Of a stretch of DNA of 64,000 bases, positions 21,470-29,925 are shown piece after piece. The notes beneath the pieces are model-generated. The model was not told the origin of the DNA. It made no database searches and saw only the letters and a program-made list of their open reading frames with translations. Both the position numbers and the translations under genes were made by a program. Position 1 is the first letter of the stretch; the number at the start of each line of letters is the position of its first letter. The DNA comes from Porphyridium purpureum (taxonomy: Eukaryota): positions 1,550,001 to 1,614,000 of the forward strand of contig VRMN01000001.1 of the NCBI GenBank assembly GCA_008690995.1. The letters run 5' to 3'.

Positions 21470-23554
21470 TTATGCGTCGTCCTCGGCCTCCGCGGTCGCC
21501 ATGCCGGCAAACACATCGTTCAGGTTGATCGTGCCGATCTCCGGCGACCCGTTCTCCATGAAGACCTTGCCCAGTTTCTGCAGCGCCGTCGCGCGCGCCG
21601 CAAGGATGTCCGACTTGGACGCAGGCTTCTCGTCGCCCGTCGCCGCCTTCTTCTTCCCAAACAGCTTGATGCTCGGCAGCGCGCTCTTCGCCCTCTCACC
21701 AACGCTGTTCAGCAGGTCTTCTCCGGACAGCACGTGGTCCACCACCATGTCCAGCGTATCCTGAATGTCAATCGCCGTCATCTGCCACATAATGTCCATC
21801 ACACTCGCCTGCATGTCCTGCTCAATCGCCGCAACCTCGGCGGGCGTCAGCTCGCGCCCTTCTGCCGCGGCTTCCGCGCGCTTCCTCTCCATCACCTTCT
21901 GCTTCTTCTGCGCCTCCACCGCCTTGGACACAATCTTCATCCGCGTGTTAAACTTGGACGCCTTGTACCCCGTGCTCTTAAACATGCCTCCCAGCCCCAG
22001 CGCCTTTTGGCGGCTCAAGTAGATGTCTGCCTTTTGCGAGTAGATCACGCCTATACTGTACAGCATGGCCTCTCCAAAGCTGGCCGTCTTGAGCGTCTTG
22101 CCTTGCTCGTTCGCCCAGCTCATGAACGCCTCGTGCTCGCCGTTCACATACGGCTGCAACATCCTCACAAGCTCCCACCGCAACGTCTCGACGCGCGTTT
22201 TTTGCTTCTTCTTCATATCTGCACGCGCCGCCTCTGTATTCGCGCTGTCGGCCATTTCCATCTGCGCCGCGATCGCCAGCTCGCCCACGTACTTGTCAAA
22301 CTTGTCGCTGCCAAAGATCATCGCGAATAATGTGCGCGGGTCCACGGCCTCGTAGTTTTCGCTGTGAATCACGTGCTGCAGGCCGTGCGCGTCGTACGCG
22401 GCCCGCGTCGCCTCGTTGCCAAGCACTTGGTACGCCTGGCTGATTTGCTGGAAACGCTCCGTGGCGTTGGGGTCCTCCTTATTTTTGTCCGGGTGGTTGT
22501 CCTTGGCCAGCCGGAAGTACGCCTTTTTGATCTCTGCATCCGTGGCGTCGGTCGGCACACCCAAAATGTCGTACAGTTCGGTTTCCGCCACTTCGTGCCG
22601 CTTCTTCCGACGCGCTGCGGGATGATTTGCACCATCTGCGGCGGCCGCGCCGCCACCGCCGCCTGCACCGCCCTTGCCGCCGTTGGCCTTCTTTTTGGCG
22701 AGCTCCTGCTGGAGCTTCATGAGCTCTGGTTCCAGCGGACACAGCTCAAGGCCCCTGTCGAGCGCGGCCTGAGCGTCGTCGAACCTTTCGAGCAGAATCA
22801 GCGCGGCGACCTTGCGCTGATGCCCGCGCGGCCACGACGGGTCGAGCTCGATCGTCTTGTCAGCATCCTCTACCGCGTACTCGATTGTCATGGCGCTGTC
22901 GTTCTCCTCGCCCTTGCGCGCGTACGCCACGGAGCGGTTCGAATAAATGCGCTTGTCGTGCTCGCGGCCCGCCGACGTGAGCACGTTGATGGCCTCGGTG
23001 TAGTGCGCGATCGCGGCGCTCCACTCTTGCTTTGCAAACGCCTGGTTGCCCAGCAGGCGCTCCTGCTCAGCGAGGTCCACCTCTTGGGGCGCTCGGGCCT
23101 TGGGCTGGCTGGCGAGCCGCTCGGACACGATCGCGCGCTGCTGCTTGAGCGCTTCGTACGCGGCTGGTTCCTGCTCGGCGCTGGCGCGTTGCAGCCCCAG
23201 ATCAGCCGCAGCGAGCGCGTCGTCGTACGCGTCCAATCGCTGGAGCGTGGTGCACAGGCGCAGGTACGCCTTTGCCCACGTGGGCCAGTAGCGCACGGCG
23301 TCCTGTGCGTCATCGCGCGCGTCCTCCAGCAAGTCCCTCCTCTCGTGCGGCGGCACTTCCAAGCTCTTGGACGCCTTTGCCGCGGCGCGATTGCTGTAGC
23401 ACTTGGCGAGCAGCTGCTGCACGGCGTCGGACGCCGGGTCGCCCTCCGCGCCGCTGTTCGCCGCCTCAATCGCTATGCCATACTTCTCAATCGCCGCGTC
23501 CCACCGCCCTTCCTGAAACGCCTCGTTCCCTTCCAACCGATACGCCTCTGCCAT
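21470..23554 (-). CDS. TPR-repeat, J-domain and DnaJ-X domain co-chaperone
   Basis: Two TPR clusters (GNEAF..., YSNRA/S), a J domain with HPDKN, and DnaJ-X motifs (SFGEAMLYSIG, DIQDTL, RATALQKLGKVF). Confidence 0.9.
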   Translation of the reverse strand: MAEAYRLEGNEAFQEGRWDAAIEKYGIAIEAANSGAEGDPASDAVQQLLAKCYSNRAAAKASKSLEVPPHERRDLLEDARDDAQDAVRYWPTWAKAYLRLCTTLQRLDAYDDALAAADLGLQRASAEQEPAAYEALKQQRAIVSERLASQPKARAPQEVDLAEQERLLGNQAFAKQEWSAAIAHYTEAINVLTSAGREHDKRIYSNRSVAYARKGEENDSAMTIEYAVEDADKTIELDPSWPRGHQRKVAALILLERFDDAQAALDRGLELCPLEPELMKLQQELAKKKANGGKGGAGGGGGAAAADGANHPAARRKKRHEVAETELYDILGVPTDATDAEIKKAYFRLAKDNHPDKNKEDPNATERFQQISQAYQVLGNEATRAAYDAHGLQHVIHSENYEAVDPRTLFAMIFGSDKFDKYVGELAIAAQMEMADSANTEAARADMKKKQKTRVETLRWELVRMLQPYVNGEHEAFMSWANEQGKTLKTASFGEAMLYSIGVIYSQKADIYLSRQKALGLGGMFKSTGYKASKFNTRMKIVSKAVEAQKKQKVMERKRAEAAAEGRELTPAEVAAIEQDMQASVMDIMWQMTAIDIQDTLDMVVDHVLSGEDLLNSVGERAKSALPSIKLFGKKKAATGDEKPASKSDILAARATALQKLGKVFMENGSPEIGTINLNDVFAGMATAEAEDDA

Positions 23555-23670
23555 CTCTCCCAACCTTCCCACCCCCACTTCCCCAACGCCCACCTTGTTT
23601 CCTCCTCTTCCCCCCACTCTTCCTCTTCCGTTTCTCCCGACACTCGCACCTGCAGCACGCCACTTCAAAC

Positions 23671-23709
23671 ACTGTACACCACTGTACTCTACTGTACTCT
23701 ACTGTACTC
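23671..23709. repeat. (TACTGTACTC)n microsatellite, left half
   Basis: Read directly; continues at 36106-36160 beyond the inserted element. Confidence 0.95.
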
Positions 23710-24057
23710 CAAGATTGGGTCATAGGAATGAACGTGGGGGACGAGGTCCAACACTGATAAGGGGAGACAGCAAACCGAAATCCACTGCTGAGAAGACAAG
23801 ACCAAAAGGGTATCCACGAGAAACCTCCTTTAATCCGCGCCCTGATCTCCTCTGACTAAAAGCTAACAAAACACGTCTACGGCGAAGCGAAAGGGTGCTG
23901 GTTATATACCCGTGCGGCGCCATGGACGGCCGCCGTCGCCGCCCATATTGGTGCAGTGTGGGCACAGATTGAGGCTGCCGGCTGCTCACTCATCTGCAGC
24001 AGTACGACGGAACTGAACGCCCGCTCGATACTGGAGTACAGCTTGACCCCATTCACG
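23710..24057 (-). repeat. 3' LTR of the Copia-type element
   Basis: Appears identical by eye to 35758-36105; preceded on the minus strand by the PPT TTGAGAGGGCG. Confidence 0.92.
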
Positions 24058-24232
24058 CGCCCTCTCAAGCTTAATCCATATCGAGCGCAGGCTAAAAGAG
24101 ATTCATATCAAAAGCCCCCAACAAGGGGGTGTATAGCTAGGACTAGCCATACCATCATCATATCCATAACGGGTTGGTTTCACCATACCCGAACATTCAT
24201 AAGAGGGCGAATTGGTGCTCTGCCCTCACAAC

Positions 24233-27200
24233 CTAACACGACTCCGTGGCCGAAGGGGAAAGAAGGGATGACGAGAGGCCCCACGCGCGCGCATGGCCGC
24301 GGAATACATCGGCGCTCACCGGCTTCGTGAGCGGGTCAGCCATATTGCCCCGTGTGGGCACGTGGTCAAAGGTCACGAGTGCTTCACGGTAAAGCTCGTG
24401 AAGCCAAGCCAGACAAATTTTCTGGGTCTTGCTCGCATGGAGCAGTCCTGGACTGAATCCCTTCATCACCGCGCCAAGCGCGGTCTCATTATCGCAGCGG
24501 ATGGTGGCGCGCGGCCATCCCCGGCCCACATCCTCCAGGAAAAGCGCGATGGGAAACAGCGCGTTCTGCACTGCGCCATGGAGCGCCACCAGCTCTGCTT
24601 CGGCTGTCGAGGTCGCAACGCGCCTCTGACGTCTACTGGACCACTCGACAAGGTGACGGGTATCACCGGACACCAAGAATAAAGCAGTACCACTGGTTGA
24701 GCGACCGGGATCCAAATCGGAATCCACATAAGAATGGATCATTATCTGAGCATTCTCCGCTTGCGGCACCGGATAGCGCAAGCGCACATCTGCGTGCTTG
24801 TACAAGTACGCGAGGACCTCGCTGAGTGCGCGTTCTGCATCAGCCGACCAGCGATCTGTGTGACGCGCAATCATTGCCACTGCGTGTGCGACATCGGGGC
24901 GTGTGGTCCTGGCGAGCCACATGAGCTTGCCCAGGCATGAGCGCACCTCAGACGAGCAAGAATTTGCTTCTTCGCTCGTCTTGACTCGGGATGAAAGTGG
25001 TGTTGCCCTTGCGCGCCCACCTTTGTGGGCCGCAGTGATGTACCTGGCAAATTCGCAGCTATCAAAAATCCACGCGCCCTCCTCGCGGTACACATTCACG
25101 CCGAGGTAGCGGATTGGTTTTGCGCGCGTGCTTTCCGAGATGAGCTGCGCACTCTTAGTGATGTTGAACATTCTTACTAGCTCACGCATTGCCTCGCTCA
25201 CCGAGTGTGTAGTGCCAAGGATGGCACCATCGTCCACGTAAAGGACGAGCAAAGTAAGCGCGCCATTTCGTCTGCGCCAGTAAATGTTCTTGTCCGAAGC
25301 CGACTCTTTCCAGTGTGCGGCACATAACTTTTCGCGAGCATAAGCCGAATAATCGAATCCCGCTCTGGGCAATCCGTAAAGTGCCATCGGTATTGGCACG
25401 ACGGGGTTTGGAATCGAAGAAATTTTCCGCATATCAGCTCGCGGCAACACAGAATCCAAGAACGGCATCAAGGATTTGAAGTACGCAAAGGTCGGACTTC
25501 CGAGTAATGGTGCGTGTACATAGGCAGCATCGATGTCAAAGAACATCGCATCTGCGGCCTCACCATGAGTATGAAGCGCAACCGACACCGCAGCACGAAT
25601 GCTCGAAAGGCCCGGAGGCCGGTCAAACTGCGGCACTTCGGGCGGGGCGCGCCGGCCTGTTGCATCAGTGATGTGGCACCCTTGTGCCACAACGCGGCAC
25701 TTCAGCACGCGATGCTCGGGAGGCATCTCACTGTTCTTAATAGCCATGATTGGCTTCATGTTCACAAAGCGTGCTTGCTTTGCGCGCGCAGCCTCGTGCT
25801 TGCTGACCACCTTATGAAACGGCAGAGCGCCGCTTCCTATAAGTGTTTGCATCTCCTTCTGAAACGCAATGCGGCCTGGCTTTGTGTGCGCGTGATCGGC
25901 AAATGGCACTATCTCGGCTACACCAAGTTCTACAACTTCACCGCTGCAGCTTGCGGTGCGCCCATGTTGAGCGCCAAGCCCTTCCTCCGTTGTCTCCTGC
26001 TGCGCCAGCTGCGCCACGCCTAACACCATCTGCATAGCGCGCGTGTTCCCGGTCTTGATGCCGCGCCGATGCTCTTTGAGACCCATGGCGCGCTCGCCGA
26101 GTAGGCCCATGGCTGCCGCATGAGATCGCAAACCCTTGCTTCCAATGCCGCGCAGTGACTCACCTCCGCTTTCACCAATCAAGGACCAATTAGGCCCGTG
26201 CTTTTCGTATCCTGCGCTGAGCGCGTTGTTCATATCTGCGCTCCAGACGCGGCGTTCCTTCTTCCTCTGCGGCGGCGAAACAAGAACAACCTCATTGTCT
26301 TCTTGCTGGGCTTCAGCACTTTTATCACCGGGCAGACTTGACTGAGTATGCCCCGATGATCGATTGCCCTCGGATTCGTGCATGCTATCCCGCTCCGGCA
26401 TTACCCGAGCCATTACACCCTCTTCAGATGGGCGCTCTTTCTTGGGAAATTCGTTTGCTGATAAAGACCACTCTCCTACCCACCTCGCCGTTGTGGACCG
26501 GAGGTCGGCGTAGGGTGCGACAAGAAGGTTAAGGGGTGTTCGCGTTGTTGTTGGGGTTGGCATGCGTATGCCGATGACGAGCGCCAATGTGCCTGGCGGA
26601 TCGTACTTTGTACGCTCGGGCGCCAAGACGTACACGCCGCGGCCGAACGGCGGAAGCTCACGGTTCCAAGCGAACCCGTAGCGAGCCTCATACGGCGTCT
26701 TGCCGTCAGCGCCCTCCCACTTGACGTTTCGGGCAGCTGCCCAGTACTGAGCCGCAAATGCGAACCACGGCGAATCGAGTCCAGCGGCGGCGAGTAATGC
26801 GCGAACGCCCGCGTTCAAGTCACGATGCATTCTTTCGTGGATGGCATGCGTATTGGGACGGTGTGGGAGCCCGACCTCGTGGGCTACCAGGTTACCTTTC
26901 AGGGCTGTCTCGAAAGCGCCTTGAAACTCTCCTCCATCATCGGTCTTGACAAGACGCGGCCAGCCGCGTCCGCGCTGTATCTCAATCAGCGCCATCAACG
27001 TGCTCTCAGATGTTTTGTTCGCAAGCGGCGCGACTACCAACCAAGCGGTTGCCGCATCACGGTGGGTCATAAGCCAACGTGTTCCACATATGCCCGTCTC
27101 GGTTGGATCAACTAAGTCGACCGATACAACATCGTTAAATCCCTCGAATTGGGAATTTTCCTTCTTACGCGGCGCGCGAAGTACTTTCAACTTCGCCGCC

Positions 27201-28798
27201 TGACAGGCATCACAACTTGCTTTGGCGGGCATGTGCAGCACTCCGTGCTCATCTTCTGGCACCTCTTCGTTAGCGCGTGGTGCGTGCGCCTTATGCCCGC
27301 TTGCGACGGCACACTCAAATGGTTTCTCCGGCTCATCTGCCGGTGCTTCAATTGCGGCAGCTGGCCCAGGAATGCTTTTCCCAGCAACTTGAATTTTCAA
27401 TTCATGTGCATGTAGCCAGTCCAAGCCGAGAATTAACTCATGATGCCCTTGATGCACCCACGCATTTGTGCTCTCATCAGTCGCGCCGGGCGCGACGAGC
27501 AGGAATGAGGCTTTGCCATGAATTGGCTCACTGCGCCCATCGGCCAGTCGAATGCGTGGCCCGTTCGCTCCGCACTTCGTGTACGGCACTCGCAAGCGGC
27601 GACACAGAGCTTGCGAAATGAAGGTTGCGGTGGCGCCAGTATCAACAATGGCCTGAGCCTTGTGCCCGTTGACGAATACTGGCAGTCGAATTAGATCCGA
27701 AGCGCCGCTGACGGCGCTGGTTCCAATCTCGTACTCGGCCACACCCAGCTCTTGCGTGCAATCTGCGGCCCAGTGGCCGCGTCTTCCGCAATTGCGACAA
27801 GTATCAGCACCGAGATGATTGCCTATTAGCGGCCTACGGTTTCCCTTTGATTGTGCCTTCGGCACGTTCTTGCCTTTGTTGTTTCGTCGGCCATACCTCC
27901 GACGCGGCCCTTCAGCCGTCCCAAGATCCATCGGCGCGACGCCATCGTTGGAGAAGGCGGACGCGTGGACGCTCTGCCGATACACGGCATCAATTGCCAG
28001 TGCCGCTCGGAGTGCCTCATGGTAGTCGGTGGGCTGCTTCAACAGCACTTGCACTTGGATTTTCGCCTGCAAACCGCGCACGAAGCGATCGAGACGTTCC
28101 GAATCGCTGACGGACGGAAGGCGAAGTAGGCAATTACCGAAATCGTTTGCGTACTCATGCACGCTTCGATTGCGCTGCACGCAGGCAGCGAGTCGGTCAC
28201 GAGCGATCTGACTTGAAGCAATGGGTTCAAATTCCCTCTTAAAGACGCCAATGAAGCGGTCGAACCTGATCGGTTTCGGTTCCAGCACGGACCACCATAG
28301 CCTCGCGGCTCCGTGAAAGAAAGATGCGGCTACACGCACACATTTCAGCTCCGCGTCGTCATCCCATGTACGACCGGCAAGCTGGTATTCCTCTCTCAAC
28401 TGTGAGAGGATGCGATCGTTCGCGGCGTCGCACCACGACGCGACCACAAGCGCGTCGCGTTCTCCGAGGAAAGCGGGCATGGGAGCGTGCTTGACTTGAG
28501 ACGTCGCGTCAACGCGCGAGTATGCGTCATTGCGCACGCGGTGCAATTCAGCGGCGAGCGCTGCGCGCTCTTCCTGCACCTGTCCAATGAGTTCCTCGCG
28601 CATGCGCGAAAACTCTTGAGACATGGCCTGTCGCATGAGCTCAATATCGCTCTGCGCGGCGGCCATCGTCGGCTGATGATGCTGCTGTGCAGCTGCCTGC
28701 GCAGCCAGCTCGGCCTGCATGGCCTGCTGCTGCTGGCGAGCTAGCGCCGCGTTGCGCTCTTGCTCCAGCCGGGTGGGGGTCCTATGACCTGACTCCAT
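24233..28798 (-). CDS. Intact Gag-PR-IN-(Myb-like)-RT-RNaseH polyprotein
   Basis: CCHC knuckle CRNCGRRGHWAADC; protease IVDTGA; integrase H-x3-H-x6-C-x2-C, VSVDL, TDDGGEF, HER. RT motifs KCRVVAQG, DIDAAY, LYGL, LYVDD; RNase H motifs YVDSD, STAEAE, CDN, ADPLTK. Confidence 0.93.
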   Translation of the reverse strand: MESGHRTPTRLEQERNAALARQQQQAMQAELAAQAAAQQHHQPTMAAAQSDIELMRQAMSQEFSRMREELIGQVQEERAALAAELHRVRNDAYSRVDATSQVKHAPMPAFLGERDALVVASWCDAANDRILSQLREEYQLAGRTWDDDAELKCVRVAASFFHGAARLWWSVLEPKPIRFDRFIGVFKREFEPIASSQIARDRLAACVQRNRSVHEYANDFGNCLLRLPSVSDSERLDRFVRGLQAKIQVQVLLKQPTDYHEALRAALAIDAVYRQSVHASAFSNDGVAPMDLGTAEGPRRRYGRRNNKGKNVPKAQSKGNRRPLIGNHLGADTCRNCGRRGHWAADCTQELGVAEYEIGTSAVSGASDLIRLPVFVNGHKAQAIVDTGATATFISQALCRRLRVPYTKCGANGPRIRLADGRSEPIHGKASFLLVAPGATDESTNAWVHQGHHELILGLDWLHAHELKIQVAGKSIPGPAAAIEAPADEPEKPFECAVASGHKAHAPRANEEVPEDEHGVLHMPAKASCDACQAAKLKVLRAPRKKENSQFEGFNDVVSVDLVDPTETGICGTRWLMTHRDAATAWLVVAPLANKTSESTLMALIEIQRGRGWPRLVKTDDGGEFQGAFETALKGNLVAHEVGLPHRPNTHAIHERMHRDLNAGVRALLAAAGLDSPWFAFAAQYWAAARNVKWEGADGKTPYEARYGFAWNRELPPFGRGVYVLAPERTKYDPPGTLALVIGIRMPTPTTTRTPLNLLVAPYADLRSTTARWVGEWSLSANEFPKKERPSEEGVMARVMPERDSMHESEGNRSSGHTQSSLPGDKSAEAQQEDNEVVLVSPPQRKKERRVWSADMNNALSAGYEKHGPNWSLIGESGGESLRGIGSKGLRSHAAAMGLLGERAMGLKEHRRGIKTGNTRAMQMVLGVAQLAQQETTEEGLGAQHGRTASCSGEVVELGVAEIVPFADHAHTKPGRIAFQKEMQTLIGSGALPFHKVVSKHEAARAKQARFVNMKPIMAIKNSEMPPEHRVLKCRVVAQGCHITDATGRRAPPEVPQFDRPPGLSSIRAAVSVALHTHGEAADAMFFDIDAAYVHAPLLGSPTFAYFKSLMPFLDSVLPRADMRKISSIPNPVVPIPMALYGLPRAGFDYSAYAREKLCAAHWKESASDKNIYWRRRNGALTLLVLYVDDGAILGTTHSVSEAMRELVRMFNITKSAQLISESTRAKPIRYLGVNVYREEGAWIFDSCEFARYITAAHKGGRARATPLSSRVKTSEEANSCSSEVRSCLGKLMWLARTTRPDVAHAVAMIARHTDRWSADAERALSEVLAYLYKHADVRLRYPVPQAENAQIMIHSYVDSDLDPGRSTSGTALFLVSGDTRHLVEWSSRRQRRVATSTAEAELVALHGAVQNALFPIALFLEDVGRGWPRATIRCDNETALGAVMKGFSPGLLHASKTQKICLAWLHELYREALVTFDHVPTRGNMADPLTKPVSADVFRGHARAWGLSSSLLSPSATESC

Positions 28799-28805
28799 AT
28801 GGGAG

Positions 28806-29083
28806 TGCTGTGTACTACACCCGCAGCCACTACAACCCCTCTCTCACCTACAGGCACCCGCCCGGATCGAACCCCGACACCAACGGCACACCAACCTCTC
28901 CTCGCACTTCGGTACCTCCTTTACTTTTCGTTTAGCTCGGGCCGCACGGCGGCGTGGATTATATACTGCCGCAAAGCCCTGGATCTAACTCAGTGGTGGG
29001 TTTGGATGGGGTTTTGGAGGGTGGACTGTACTCTGGAGTACAGGTGCTACATGTGTACAGTGCATGGGGTGTACAGCATAGCA
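28806..29083 (-). repeat. 3' LTR of the nested Gypsy
   Basis: Apparently identical to 35207-35484; TGCT...AGCA termini; minus-strand TATATAA at 28959-28965. Confidence 0.93.
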
Positions 29084-29672
29084 CATCTCCCCCACCGCCT
29101 CAACCGCTTGTGCGCGCTCGGGGACCGGGAAGAGAGGAAAGGGAGGCTGGCTAGCCCGGAGGAAAACCACGCGGGAAACCGGGCAAAGGGGTCGCGGAAA
29201 ACGACCGCCGGCCAGCCCCAAACAAGCAAAAAATATTGTGAACGACGGAAAACCCATGCGACCCGGGTGTACGCGGCGGCGTCTTTGTACCTCTTTTCCG
29301 TGAGTTTTCGGTTTTCTGGTGCCGACTCCAGACGAGCACATTCCGGTGATCCAAGGTTCCGAGATAGAGGTGCAGGCTCAAGCAACACTCAAGAGGAGTT
29401 GATTGAAGCCTTTTCCCGCGAGGGAGGGCGCTTGCGGAAACCTCGGCGATATGCAACATTTGCCGACCCACCATGAACAGAAATTCCTGATTTGCGGCCA
29501 AACGACGCGGCGAAAGTGCGCGAAATGCAATATTGTAACCTAGATGAGGCCCACGAAGCCAGTCATCACCAAAGCAGAGCTTCTCTCGCCCTGGAACCTC
29601 CAGACACTCGTTGCTCATCCGTTGACACCGCCTGCCTCTCAACACCATATCCTCACTGTACCCACCCTGTGA

Positions 29673-29828
29673 GCCGATACGCCGATACGCCGATACGCCG
29701 ATACGCCGATACGGATAAACGGATAAACGGATAAACGGATAAACGGATAAACGGATAAACGGATAAACGGATAAACGGATAAACGGATAAACGGATAAAC
29801 GGATAAACGGATAAACGGATAAACGGAT
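29673..29828. repeat. Compound 8-bp arrays (GCCGATAC)x5 then (GGATAAAC)x14 in the Gypsy 3' UTR
   Basis: Counted directly from the sequence. Confidence 0.95.
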
Positions 29829-29925
29829 GAGCCTCCGCCTTTCTCACAGTCGAAGGTCGGGAAGGATAGAGAGGCAGCGCGAAAGGAGGCCGAGGCTCTT
29901 GCCACACGCCGGCGGCCCGGACCGA

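Noticed and set aside
21362..23725. Long plus-strand ORFs (322 and 453 aa)
   Set aside because: They are antisense shadows of the GC-rich TPR-DnaJ gene.
29673..29828. Regular repeats as a CRISPR array or telomere
   Set aside because: There are no spacers, and the arrays are simple 8-mers internal to a retrotransposon UTR.
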